Shown here piece by piece: positions 16,915 to 25,534 of a DNA stretch of 25,534 bases. This DNA comes from a virus (lineage: Duplodnaviria > Heunggongvirae > Uroviricota > Caudoviricetes). The notes below the pieces were generated by a model. That model did no database searches. It worked only from the letters and a program-made list of their open reading frames with translations, and was not told where the DNA came from. Numbering within the stretch: position 1 is the first letter of the stretch; each line of letters opens with the position of its first letter. The stretch spans positions 1 through 25,534 of the IMG/VR virus record IMGVR_UViG_2778261167_000011. The stretch is one strand, 5' to 3'. Made by a program: the position numbers and the translations under genes.

Positions 16915-17214
16915 ATGAAACGTATAACTTTCTCCTTTACGTTAGTAGCAATCATCATAGCCTTAGCTGGATGTGCTTTGCCAGATAAAGACGGCGACTT
17001 CGGAGCTTATGTTCATGCCTGTCAGCAATATGCATACGGAAAATCCTATGCCTTTGAGAATAGAGACTTCGCGTATAAGGTCTGTAAGGACGCGGCGAAA
17101 CTGTGGAGTGACGAAGTTCCTGGCTATATCATCAGGCAAATTCAACTACATCCTGAAATACCCAGCGAAGAAATTAAATATGCAGCCATGGCCGGCTCTT
17201 TGGGGAACAACTAA
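16915..17214 (+). CDS. Small lipoprotein of unknown function (cargo gene)
   Basis: 99 aa; MKRITFSFTLVAIIIALAGCALPDKDG (signal peptide plus lipobox LAGC); followed by an intrinsic terminator. Confidence 0.7.
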   Translation: MKRITFSFTLVAIIIALAGCALPDKDGDFGAYVHACQQYAYGKSYAFENRDFAYKVCKDAAKLWSDEVPGYIIRQIQLHPEIPSEEIKYAAMAGSLGNN

Positions 17215-17227
17215 ATCAACTTATGAG

Positions 17228-17249
17228 AAAGGGGCTTAATGCCCCTTTT
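17228..17249. terminator. Bidirectional intrinsic terminator
   Basis: AAAGGGGC-ttaat-GCCCCTTTT hairpin with A- and T-runs on either side, between the convergent lipoprotein genes and the small minus-strand ORF. Confidence 0.65.
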
Positions 17250-17281
17250 CGGTTCCCTTATCAAGTCCTAACGAAACAAGC

Positions 17282-17470
17282 TCAACTGATTACATCCATC
17301 GACCTACTGTATTCATGGCTTCGAATTTTCGCCATCAACTCATCAGTCAATTCAGAAACCCACTGCAGAGCTAGCCCCTTCTCTTCATCACTACACTCAC
17401 TAGCCGCTACAAGCTTAAGAAAAAAATCAATGCGCTGGAGCTTCAAAGACTCCAAAAAATAGTCCTGCAT
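17282..17470 (-). CDS. Small hypothetical protein (62 aa) downstream of A
   Basis: ATG at 17470 with strong RBS (AGGAGGAAAG) and an AT-rich promoter-like region upstream (17480-17600). The track ORF is longer (to 17572) but its 5' part looks non-coding. Confidence 0.45.
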   Translation of the reverse strand: MQDYFLESLKLQRIDFFLKLVAASECSDEEKGLALQWVSELTDELMAKIRSHEYSRSMDVIS

Positions 17471-17623
17471 CTTTCCTCCTATAACACCATACGCAATACT
17501 GTACATATAACCACTGTTTATATTTACAGTATATAATAATCTTACTGATGTAAAACGTTTTTTTACGTTCATCAGCCTGATATGCCTGGTATTATTAAGA
17601 GCACGAATTGTTAACCCGCGTGA

Positions 17624-20035
17624 TTAATACATGTTCCGCCACTTATCATCTTCCTGCAAACGCTGGTTCCGATAGAAGATACGCAGGCCTGCTCCTGACG
17701 GAATACTGCCACCGCAAAGGAGCAAATCGACCTCTTTCTCGCTGCCATCAAATCCTCTGGACTTCAGTTCATAGACGAGCTGCTGACGCTGATACTCTGT
17801 AATTCGCTGTTTGTAGTCTTTACGCCGTTTCGGTTTAACCAGGCGCAATCTTGCTGCCAGTTCCCGGCGCTCTTTTTTGCTCATACTGTGCAGGTAATCG
17901 TGCAATTCCTTGTCATCCATGCAGGTAATGTCCGTTCTGGTATCCCCATCTGCTGATTCATCTTTCTCATGTTGGTTCAAATTTTCAGCAAGGGGACAGT
18001 TATTGCCACGAGTCCAAGGGGCGCAAGCGCCCTGGTCGGCTGCCGCCTCCTGAACGTCAACGGCCTTACGGGCCTTTTTCCACTTCATCGCGTGCGTGCA
18101 AATCTTGCCCTCTATAATCGGGGACCAGATGCCATAGATACGGATACCGTGATCGCCGTAAGCGCTCGGTTCGTCGTTAAGCTCATAAGCCGTGCGGACA
18201 AGGTGATGTTTGCGGGGAACCAGTACACCGCCCTGCTTCATGATGTAAGTGGCAAAGCAACCCGCATCTGCAGCTGCCAGTACCGCATCCAGACGCGGAT
18301 TATCCAGTACCGGTGCACCCGCTTTGCGTTCGCCCTGCACTCTCGCCGCCTGACCAGCCAGCAAGCGCAGCTCACGGTATGCCTGACGCCCCGGGATACC
18401 AAAGAAACGGAATTGCTGGACACGGTGCAGTGACGCCCAGGCACAGACATGCTCGGCGCTGTCACGCAATGATCTGCCGGTTTCTTTGCTGATTTCTTTA
18501 GCCAGCCCGCGCCCGTCGATGTTCTTACTGATGTATTTGGCGATGTAGCTGGTCGGTGTACCCTTGCGCGGGTTGATTAGCTCGGACTTGAAGCGCGGGC
18601 CGGTATTGGTGCCCAGTTCCTCGCGGTCTTCACGGATGGCGAACTTACGCAGCAGCGCGGTGATGGAACGACGGTCTTTTTTGCGCATAAAGCACAGAAG
18701 ATGCCAGTGCACGGTGCCGTCATGGTGCGGCTCTGCAACGCGGACGCCGTACCAGCGCAATCCGGCCTTGTGCATGGCCTTGCGGAAAGCGGCGAACGTA
18801 TCAACCAGATAATCACTGCTCTGCCGGACAGTGGCACTGATCCACTTCGGATTAGGTCTGCCGTTGTTGAGGGTTGCGTGGAAGCGTGACGGGCAGGTGA
18901 TGGTATAGAACACCGCGCAGTCTCCGCGCATTTCCGCTATCAGTTCCAGCCCCTTAACACAGGTCATCATTTCATTACGGCGGTGTGCCGGGTTACTGTT
19001 GCTGGCGTTCACTACATCTTCCATGTCCAGCGTGTCGCCGTCTTCATTGACCAGCTCATGCGAGCGGAAGAACTCCAACGATTTGCGACGCTGCTCGCGT
19101 TTGTGTATCACGGCTTCATAACTGACATACGGGGACGCTTTCTTGTTGACCAGACAGACGGCGCGCATCTGCTCCTCCCGCCACTCGCAGCGCATCTGCC
19201 ACAATTTGCGATACCACCAGTCCGCGCACAGCATGCGCGCCAGCGACGGTGGGATCAGTTCATAAGGCACTGGCTTGCGACGGCGCTTTTTGCGGCGCAA
19301 CTTCTCAAAGGCAGGCGGAATGACCTCAAGGCGCATGGCTTCTGCAGCAACCCTTTCCCACGCCTGGCGGATTTCTTCTGGTTTAACATCGTCACTGACA
19401 AACAGATCACCGCAAGCCGCATCAAGACACATGCTCATATGTGCCGCAACCAGCGTGGAAAGGCGCTTGACCTGATCCTGATTCATTTCAGGAAGTACCA
19501 GCAATCCCTCCAGCCCGTCCTGGCTCGCCATGAATCGGAAAGATGCAGACACCTGGCTGTCACGCACTCGCTCCAGCCGCTCAAAACAAGGCCTGATTGT
19601 TTCGCGCAGATAACGGGAATAAGCTTTAGCCCTGCCTAGGCTATTGAAGTATTTAATCCGCTCTAACAGAGGCTTGCTGATATGGGCAGGCATGGCGCTT
19701 ACATCGGCAATAATCACCAAATCGGGATTAACGCGCTGCTGCTCGCGGGCCATTCTGGCATGGCTAATCAGCCGATCCTGCTCTATTTCACGCTGGACAG
19801 GATCGCGGGATTCATTGAAGAAATAACGTTCCCACACCTCATCACTCAGCGCCTCACGGCGCAGATGCTCCTGCTCGTTATCTGCAGCGTACAGAGTGAT
19901 GAGGTTTGAAAGCGCAGACTCAGGCGCAAATTCCGCCGGGTCCAAATACGGGTTAACCGCTTTTTTTGGGGTATTCCATGGAAAGGCCACGGCGGTCACA
20001 ATCGGACCGCCTTTATCTTTTAGTAGCTCAGACAT
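17624..20035 (-). CDS. A: Rolling-circle replication initiator endonuclease (P2 gpA-like)
   Basis: HUH motif (TVHWHLLCF) and active-site tyrosine motif YIAKYISK; ~800 aa. Start placed at ATG 20035 with GGAG RBS; the track ORF begins at a GTG at 20065. Confidence 0.9.
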   Translation of the reverse strand: MSELLKDKGGPIVTAVAFPWNTPKKAVNPYLDPAEFAPESALSNLITLYAADNEQEHLRREALSDEVWERYFFNESRDPVQREIEQDRLISHARMAREQQRVNPDLVIIADVSAMPAHISKPLLERIKYFNSLGRAKAYSRYLRETIRPCFERLERVRDSQVSASFRFMASQDGLEGLLVLPEMNQDQVKRLSTLVAAHMSMCLDAACGDLFVSDDVKPEEIRQAWERVAAEAMRLEVIPPAFEKLRRKKRRRKPVPYELIPPSLARMLCADWWYRKLWQMRCEWREEQMRAVCLVNKKASPYVSYEAVIHKREQRRKSLEFFRSHELVNEDGDTLDMEDVVNASNSNPAHRRNEMMTCVKGLELIAEMRGDCAVFYTITCPSRFHATLNNGRPNPKWISATVRQSSDYLVDTFAAFRKAMHKAGLRWYGVRVAEPHHDGTVHWHLLCFMRKKDRRSITALLRKFAIREDREELGTNTGPRFKSELINPRKGTPTSYIAKYISKNIDGRGLAKEISKETGRSLRDSAEHVCAWASLHRVQQFRFFGIPGRQAYRELRLLAGQAARVQGERKAGAPVLDNPRLDAVLAAADAGCFATYIMKQGGVLVPRKHHLVRTAYELNDEPSAYGDHGIRIYGIWSPIIEGKICTHAMKWKKARKAVDVQEAAADQGACAPWTRGNNCPLAENLNQHEKDESADGDTRTDITCMDDKELHDYLHSMSKKERRELAARLRLVKPKRRKDYKQRITEYQRQQLVYELKSRGFDGSEKEVDLLLCGGSIPSGAGLRIFYRNQRLQEDDKWRNMY

Positions 20036-20054
20036 CACTGGAAGACTCCAAAGC

Positions 20055-20282
20055 TCACAAAGCACCTCGGGTGTAGTGCATCCCTTTCAGCTCTGCTATT
20101 TCCTTACAGGTGACGCAGAGATCACAGCCCGGCACTGCAGCACGGCGCTGTTCCGGGATGACGATTCCGCAACACTCACACTCCAGAGAAGAAGCCCCAG
20201 TCTTTCGGCTGCGAGCTGTTTGGATATGGCGCTGACGTTCTTCTTCAACGCGCTGTTGCACGAGGTCCATTGAATCAGCCAT
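20055..20282 (-). CDS. TraR/DksA-family C4 zinc-finger protein
   Basis: 75 aa containing [25 protein letters not shown] (a four-cysteine motif); sits just upstream of A like the DksA-like ORFs of P2-type early operons. Confidence 0.8.
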   Translation of the reverse strand: MADSMDLVQQRVEEERQRHIQTARSRKTGASSLECECCGIVIPEQRRAAVPGCDLCVTCKEIAELKGMHYTRGAL

Positions 20283-20515
20283 CAGTGGATCTCCTGCGCT
20301 TCGTTCTGAATGTTTTCAGCCGCAATACGCAGCAGCTCTGCCGCTTCAACGTGGTTAAGCTGGCGTGACGTGATATGGCAAGCCAGGCTATCAAGACGGG
20401 CTGCCATTGCTGAGGCACGTGCCCGGCGTTCTTCCATGCGTGCATCAGTCAGCAATTGGTTAAGTCCAGCATCATCTGGTCCGGATTTGGTGATACGGAT
20501 TTCAATATTTCGCAT
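20282..20515 (-). CDS. Hypothetical early-operon protein
   Basis: 77 aa; ATG at 20515 with AGGAG RBS; stop overlaps the next start (ATGA). Confidence 0.6.
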   Translation of the reverse strand: MRNIEIRITKSGPDDAGLNQLLTDARMEERRARASAMAARLDSLACHITSRQLNHVEAAELLRIAAENIQNEAQEIH

Positions 20516-20582
20516 AGTTGTTTCTCCTGAATTTGGGCAATAAGAAACCCTGCGGGTTTACGCCATTAATTTCTGTTTTGGA

Positions 20583-20924
20583 TTAATTCGGCATGGTTAG
20601 CCGTTTTGGAAATAAGCTCACCACTGCACGAAAATGATTCATTGCTTTAATCAGTTCCCGCTTTTCGTCAGTAGTCAGATCACTAATATTGACGCTATGA
20701 CGTTCTGCCGGAATTTTTGCCATATAAAATATGGCTGCCAATGCCCTCACATTTTGTTTATTGTTAACGTCCCTTTGGTTGCGCATATCTTCAATGAACC
20801 TTTCAAGCTCCGACTCAATATTCAGGCCAAACACTTTTGCGCGTAATTCTGCAATATGGTTCAGTCCGTCCAGGCGTTTACCGGGGCTTAATGGGACAGT
20901 CACCACAGCGCCTTCAATAGCCAT
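20583..20924 (-). CDS. Hypothetical early-operon protein
   Basis: Start placed at ATG 20924 (MAIEGAVV...) with GGGGGA RBS; the track ORF begins at a GTG at 20936. Confidence 0.6.
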   Translation of the reverse strand: MAIEGAVVTVPLSPGKRLDGLNHIAELRAKVFGLNIESELERFIEDMRNQRDVNNKQNVRALAAIFYMAKIPAERHSVNISDLTTDEKRELIKAMNHFRAVVSLFPKRLTMPN

Positions 20925-21003
20925 AAATTCCCCCACTGGTCACTTACTACTCCTTCTCTGATATGATTTTCCGATGCAACGAGATAACTCAGAGGGTGTA
21001 CCA

Positions 21004-21252
21004 ATGTTGAACCTGGTTGAGAAGGAACGGATCGAGCAGCTTGAAAATGAAATTGCGCGACTGCGAGAGGATGTTGAGATGCAACAAATCCTGCTGTCTG
21101 GCTTACTACACAGTGTGCTACGAGGAGAATCATCGAATCAGTCAGCATTTTTAAACATCCTTCGTGAAGAATTAAACAAATTGCCGCCAGGCTCACTCAA
21201 ACGTCAGGAATTCACCTACAAACTTCAGGAGCTAATAGAGCGTTACCGATAA
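21004..21252 (+). CDS. Hypothetical coiled-coil protein (82 aa), antisense to the early operon
   Basis: ATG at 21004 with GAGGG RBS at good spacing; heptad-like sequence ERIEQLENEIARLREDVEMQQ; 3' end overlaps the convergent 74-aa ORF. Confidence 0.45.
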   Translation: MLNLVEKERIEQLENEIARLREDVEMQQILLSGLLHSVLRGESSNQSAFLNILREELNKLPPGSLKRQEFTYKLQELIERYR

Positions 21253-21467
21253 GTTTGTTGGCGATACTGTTCAAGAGGTGATGTGCTTTTCCGCATCACT
21301 TCCTGAACCCGTTCCCCCCGAAAGAATGTCCCATCTCGCAACGTAAAATAGTAACTACCATCACCCGAAAGAGACGGATAACAACTTGCAAACTCGTCCT
21401 CATGAATTGAATACTTTTCGCCCTTATGGAAGAACTGGTAAAACACACCTTCTGTAGCTTGCGCCAT
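21243..21467 (-). CDS. Hypothetical early protein (74 aa; positional analogue of 186 fil/dhr-region genes)
   Basis: ATG at 21467 with AGGGG RBS; protein-like composition, unlike the alternative overlapping frame. Confidence 0.55.
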   Translation of the reverse strand: MAQATEGVFYQFFHKGEKYSIHEDEFASCYPSLSGDGSYYFTLRDGTFFRGERVQEVMRKSTSPLEQYRQQTYR

Positions 21468-21638
21468 GATTTCCCCTTTTTGGTTGTAGACAATTCATCC
21501 AGAAGCGCATTCTGAGTACGGCACAGGTGCCAGCGCTTGCCATCCTTCCCCATAATCCAGCCATGACCGCAGTGCATTGCCGGGCTTTGCCTCACCAATA
21601 GTGATGCAAATGAAGGTTCTTTCGTCAGCATAACCACC

Positions 21639-22148
21639 TCAGATCAGACCGAACGAAGCACCGAGGCCCGTCACGGTATCTACTGCGCTTGCCATCGCTG
21701 GGTTAGCCTGCAAACGCGCCTGTAATGAAACTGCAGTCAGTGCCATCAAACGCGTAACTGAATTAATGCTGCTAATTACATCGCGGCGGCCTGCGGTAGT
21801 TTTCACTTCACCAGAGACGGCACCTGCAGCAACACGACCTATTTCTGCGGTAGCGCTCATGACGTAATGCGGCAATTTCTCTTTTGCAACTTCGTTTACC
21901 GGAACACATGGCAAGCAATGAATTTGCGCCAGAAACCCATCAACTAATGTGGAGTCTTCGGTGAGATCGGTTAGCAGCCATATGTCTGGCGCCGTGAGCT
22001 GGTGCGGTTGCTCCGGGTTGAGCTTATTGCGCAGGGTTTGGACGTTCATGCCTGCAAGTTCTGCCAGCTTCGCCATGTTGTGCCGTAAAGCAAAAGCCCG
22101 ACAGGCATCATGGAAATGCGGATGTTTTGATATGCGATAGTCAAACAT
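21639..22148 (-). CDS. cII: Phage regulatory protein CII (186 CII-like)
   Basis: 169 aa. The N-terminal region (HNMAKLAELAGMNVQTLRNKLNPEQPHQLT) matches my recollection of the 186 CII family HTH region; located right after apl in the lytic operon. Confidence 0.75.
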   Translation of the reverse strand: MFDYRISKHPHFHDACRAFALRHNMAKLAELAGMNVQTLRNKLNPEQPHQLTAPDIWLLTDLTEDSTLVDGFLAQIHCLPCVPVNEVAKEKLPHYVMSATAEIGRVAAGAVSGEVKTTAGRRDVISSINSVTRLMALTAVSLQARLQANPAMASAVDTVTGLGASFGLI

Positions 22149-22180
22149 AGTCAGTTGCTCCGTGAAGTCTCAGAATGGAA

Positions 22181-22402
22181 CTAGTTGATAGTCACATTGC
22201 AATCAGAAAGAGCATCGACCGTCATCGCAGCGATGTTAATCATCACTTTTTCACGCTTTTTGTCCTTGCGTAGGCGATGACGAAGCAATCGCCCATCCGC
22301 AAGCATGTCGTTGATTGTGTCGATAGATAACCCAGTGAGTTCACTATATCTTTCAATAGTGACGTGGGGGGTGATGAGAGTGATTGAAATGTTAGGTCTC
22401 AT
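22181..22402 (-). CDS. apl: Apl/Cox-like excisionase and transcriptional regulator
   Basis: Start placed at ATG 22402 (MRPNISITL...; track ORF begins at a TTG at 22426); small HTH protein (ERYSELTGLSIDTINDMLADGRL), first gene of the lytic operon and divergent from cI. Confidence 0.7.
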   Translation of the reverse strand: MRPNISITLITPHVTIERYSELTGLSIDTINDMLADGRLLRHRLRKDKKREKVMINIAAMTVDALSDCNVTIN

Positions 22403-22527
22403 GATGCAACATTCCTCGTTTAGCAATGATTAATCAGGATGAATACTGATCGTTTGTATTTTGTGAACACGATAAACATACGATCACATCATGAAATCGT
22501 CAAGATAAAAGTTCACCTGGAGTGACC
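22403..22527. promoter_or_regulatory. Immunity switch region with candidate pR and operator
   Basis: Minus strand shows -35 TTGACG (plus 22498-22503), a 17-bp spacer and -10 TATGTT (plus 22475-22480), reading toward apl. Inverted repeat TGATCGTTTGT (22447-22457) / ACATACGATCA (22476-22486), 10 of 11 matching, overlaps the -10. Confidence 0.5.
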
Positions 22528-23094
22528 ATGAATTTGGAAAAAGGCGGCCGTGGTGCCATAGAGCGTATGGTTGAAGCCTATGGCTTCAAGACAAGACAAG
22601 CTTTGTGCGACCATTTAGGGATTTCAAAGAGTACTTTGGCGACACGCTATATGCGCGACTCCTTCCCTGCGGAATGGGTTATTCAGTGCGCCTTAGAGAC
22701 AGGTACGTCATTGAGCTGGCTGACTAATGGCTACGGAATCAAAGAGGGTTCACAAAATGAAAACACCAAAGAACTTCCGCTAAAAATTCTCTATGATGGT
22801 GAACTTTGTCCTGAAGGGTCTTATGTTTTTGATGTAAATTTTCTACCTAAAGCTCTAAAAAATCCGATGGTTGTTGTTGTTGATAGTTCCAAATACATTT
22901 GTGATATTGATTATGATGATGTCCGTGATGGAAAATGGATTGTTAATATTGATGGTGAAATATCAATGAGAACAATTACACGCTTGCCTGGCAGGCGCCT
23001 TCATGTGGAAGGTGGTATATCTCCTTTCGAATGCGCGTTAGAAGATATAATAATGATCGCAAAAATCGTGATGGCATGTCTTGAATATAAATAA
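22528..23094 (+). CDS. cI: CI-type immunity repressor (186 CI-like)
   Basis: Start placed at ATG 22528 with GGAG RBS (track ORF begins at a GTG at 22522); N-terminal HTH (RQALCDHLGISKSTLATRYMRD); divergent from apl; ~188 aa. Confidence 0.8.
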   Translation: MNLEKGGRGAIERMVEAYGFKTRQALCDHLGISKSTLATRYMRDSFPAEWVIQCALETGTSLSWLTNGYGIKEGSQNENTKELPLKILYDGELCPEGSYVFDVNFLPKALKNPMVVVVDSSKYICDIDYDDVRDGKWIVNIDGEISMRTITRLPGRRLHVEGGISPFECALEDIIMIAKIVMACLEYK

Positions 23095-23140
23095 AACTTA
23101 AATTTTAGCAAAATAAATCACGTGAACGAGGAGCTAATTA

Positions 23141-24397
23141 ATGGATGAATGTATAGTCGAGATGTTATTAATAGTGAATAAAGATACTTCCTTTGGACGC
23201 TCTCCGTCAGCCTATAAAAAAATAATTGAGGCCAGTGAGGAAGTCATATTTTCACCAAAAGAATTAAAATTCAAAGAACAGTCATTTAAATATGATATAT
23301 CAGAATATGGAAGCAATAAAGAAACTATCTCTGTAAAATTAACACTAAACGACGTTAGTGAAGATAATTTAATCACTTTCTCAAGATTAACCAGACTCTT
23401 CAAAAAAATATCTAGCGAAAGTAATTTAGGTAGCACTCAAATTATTTGGGATGATATAAGCAAATATTACTCAATTCAGGCTTATCCATTAATCCATGAA
23501 ATTGAAAACTTAATGAGAAAATTAATAACAAAATTCATGATACATAACGTTGGATTGTCTTGGACAAAAGATTCAGTGCCGAAGGAATTTTCAGAAGCAT
23601 TGAAAAAATCCGAAAAAAACACAGAATATAATGAACATAATTTAATGTATCAAGTTGACTTTATTGAACTTTCTGACTTTATATTCAAATCTTACCGAGA
23701 GATTGAAATAACAGATTTGATCCGAAAATTAACCCCGCTTGAATTTAAAGACATTAATGCTGATATATTCTCAGAATTGAAAAAAATCGTTCCCAGAACA
23801 AACTGGGAAAAATTCTTTGAGTCAAACATCGAAGCAAATGCTGACACTATAATAAAAAATTGGAGTATTTTATATCGACTCAGATGCAAAGTTGCTCATA
23901 ATAGAGATTTTACTAAACAAGATCTTGATGAAGTAATTCGCCTTACAAATACACTGAGTCCAATACTAAAAAAAGCAATTGAAAAAACCGAGACTCTGAC
24001 TATTGATCCGAAGGAAAAAGAAGAATTAACATCCCAGTTTGAGAATGAGTTTTCTAACAATACTAAAAGTGATGAAGAATTATTCAAAGACAGAGTGCTT
24101 GAATTATATCTACAAATAAGACATTTATATCAACTTACACATTCAAACAGTGAAAATATTAATAGCTATTACAAAGTAATACAAACAACATTCCAAAATG
24201 TTTTGCATGACGAAAAGTTCAATGCCGAAGACGTAATGAATTTAATTAATATCTCAACTAATGATGATGTTCTGAGAAAATGTGATAATTTCGAGATACA
24301 TGATTTAATGAATATTTGCCATTCTATTAAAGAACTTGTTAATTTTAAAATATCAAGTTTTGAAGCTGGGTCAAATGAAGCAGTTAAAAATGAATGA
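23141..24397 (+). CDS. AT-rich 418-aa hypothetical protein with an Rx4H (HEPN-like) motif; candidate abortive-infection/defence cargo
   Basis: ATG at 23141 with GAGGAG RBS, 46 bp after the cI stop; Lys/Asn/Glu-rich; RLRCKVAHNRD matches the HEPN Rx4-6H signature; followed by an intrinsic terminator. Confidence 0.8.
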   Translation: MDECIVEMLLIVNKDTSFGRSPSAYKKIIEASEEVIFSPKELKFKEQSFKYDISEYGSNKETISVKLTLNDVSEDNLITFSRLTRLFKKISSESNLGSTQIIWDDISKYYSIQAYPLIHEIENLMRKLITKFMIHNVGLSWTKDSVPKEFSEALKKSEKNTEYNEHNLMYQVDFIELSDFIFKSYREIEITDLIRKLTPLEFKDINADIFSELKKIVPRTNWEKFFESNIEANADTIIKNWSILYRLRCKVAHNRDFTKQDLDEVIRLTNTLSPILKKAIEKTETLTIDPKEKEELTSQFENEFSNNTKSDEELFKDRVLELYLQIRHLYQLTHSNSENINSYYKVIQTTFQNVLHDEKFNAEDVMNLINISTNDDVLRKCDNFEIHDLMNICHSIKELVNFKISSFEAGSNEAVKNE

Positions 24398-24456
24398 TAA
24401 TGTTTTATCTAATAGTTATCAAACATTGACCACTGTTCAAACATACAGTTAAATTT

Positions 24457-24481
24457 AGCCCTCAGACATGAGGGCTTTTTT
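24457..24481 (+). terminator. Intrinsic terminator whose 3' arm contains the integrase RBS
   Basis: AGCCCTC-agacat-GAGGGCT followed by TTTTTT, abutting the int ATG at 24482. Confidence 0.65.
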
Positions 24482-25534
24482 ATGGCAGTACGAAAACTCG
24501 ACACAGGTAAATGGATATGCGAATGCTACCCCGCAGGTCGCAACGGACGCCGCATGCGTAGGCAATTCGCCACTAAAGGCGAGGCTCTGGCTTTCGAACG
24601 TCACACTATGGAAGAAACAGAAGCAAAACCCTGGCTAGGCGAATCGGTAGACCGTCGGACTCTAAAAGACGTCGTTGAACTCTGGTTCAAGCTGCACGGC
24701 AAATCTCTGACTGCTGGCGAGCATGTTTACGACAAGCTGATCCTGATGGTCGATGCTCTCGGAAATCCCCTCGCCACTGATTTAACATCCAAAATGTTCG
24801 CGCACTATCGCGATAAACGCCTGACAGGTGAAATCTACTTTAGCGAAAAATGGAAGAAAGGAGCCAGCCCGGTAACTATCAATCTTGAGCAAAGCTATAT
24901 GAGCGGAGTGTTTAGCGAGTTGGCACGACTTGGAGAATGGACTGCACCAAACCCACTGGAGAACATGCGCAAATTCACCATCGCAGAAAAGGAGATGGCC
25001 TGGCTGACTCATGAACAAATCACTGAGCTTTTGTGCGACTGCAAACGCCAAAGCCCCCTGCTCGCTCTGGTTGTCAAAATCTGTCTGAGTACCGGTGCCC
25101 GCTGGCGCGAAGCTGTAAATCTGACTCGTTCTCAGGTTACAAAATACCGGATCACATTTGTCAGGACTAAGGGCAAAAAGAACCGCAGCATTCCGATCAG
25201 CAAAGAGTTGTATGAGGAAATTATTGCCCTGGACGGCTTCAAGTTCTTTACTGACTGCTACTTCCAGTTTTTATCTGTGATGGAGAAAACTTCTATCGTG
25301 CTGCCGCGCGGTCAGCTTACCCACGTTCTGCGCCATACGTTTGCAGCACACTTTATGATGTCAGGCGGTAACATCCTTGCCCTACAGAAAATCCTTGGTC
25401 ACCACGACATAAAAATGACCATGCGCTATGCTCACCTAGCCCCTGATCACCTTGAAACAGCGCTGCGCTTTAACCCATTGGCAACCCTGCCAAATGGCGA
25501 CAAAGTGGCGGCAGCGGTTGGCATTGCACCGTAA
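24482..25534 (+). CDS. int: Tyrosine site-specific integrase (P2/186 Int family)
   Basis: 350 aa; catalytic signatures ARWREA (Arg), HVLRHTFAAH (HxxR box) and MTMRYAHL (tyrosine nucleophile); stop codon is the last three bases of the window. Confidence 0.93.
   Translation: MAVRKLDTGKWICECYPAGRNGRRMRRQFATKGEALAFERHTMEETEAKPWLGESVDRRTLKDVVELWFKLHGKSLTAGEHVYDKLILMVDALGNPLATDLTSKMFAHYRDKRLTGEIYFSEKWKKGASPVTINLEQSYMSGVFSELARLGEWTAPNPLENMRKFTIAEKEMAWLTHEQITELLCDCKRQSPLLALVVKICLSTGARWREAVNLTRSQVTKYRITFVRTKGKKNRSIPISKELYEEIIALDGFKFFTDCYFQFLSVMEKTSIVLPRGQLTHVLRHTFAAHFMMSGGNILALQKILGHHDIKMTMRYAHLAPDHLETALRFNPLATLPNGDKVAAAVGIAP

Larger units (their letters stand above)
1..25534. mobile_element. P2/186-like prophage (partial; extends past the left edge, right edge ends at the integrase stop codon)
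   Basis: Complete P2-type synteny G-H-I-J-W-V-S-R-lys-K-Y-X-L-M-N-O / P-Q / cos / A / cII-apl-cI / int, with overlapping stop/start codons typical of phage late operons. Confidence 0.9.

Noticed and set aside
17969-19639. Plus-strand ORFs (154 aa and 218 aa) inside replication gene A
   Set aside because: Antisense shadow frames; A has recognisable HUH and YxxKY motifs on the minus strand.
21296-21637. 113-aa minus-strand ORF overlapping the 74-aa early gene in another frame
   Set aside because: Arg/Cys/Trp-rich random-looking composition; the 74-aa frame has a good RBS and protein-like sequence, so only that one is called.
1-25534. CRISPR arrays, tRNA/rRNA genes, IS elements or transposases
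   Set aside because: No regularly spaced direct repeats, no tRNA-like sequences recognised by eye, and no transposase-like ORFs; the only mobile element is the prophage itself.

Overview
The window is almost entirely one P2/186-family temperate myovirus prophage, read in reverse relative to the canonical P2 map. Left to right: the 3' end of an inverted second tail-fibre-assembly gene, then minus-strand tail and baseplate genes (G, H, I, J, W, V, S, R), an overlapped-spanin lysis cassette (lysC/lysB/lysA, K endolysin, Y holin), head genes (X, L, M, N, O), plus-strand terminase P and portal Q, a putative cos, replication gene A with a TraR/DksA zinc-finger ORF, a 186-like immunity region (cII, apl, divergent cI) and a complete tyrosine integrase ending at the right edge (attL presumably just outside). 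Three visibly AT-rich cargo insertions interrupt this backbone. The first is a 593-aa DUF262/ParB-like protein between Q and cos. The second is a pair of lipoprotein genes plus a small ORF between cos and A, at the P2 old/tin position. The third is a 418-aa protein with an Rx4H (HEPN-like) motif between cI and int. These are the best candidates for uncharacterised anti-phage or exclusion functions. All calls rest on reading the six-frame translations, motifs and synteny; no database search or computation was run, and GC differences are judged by eye.
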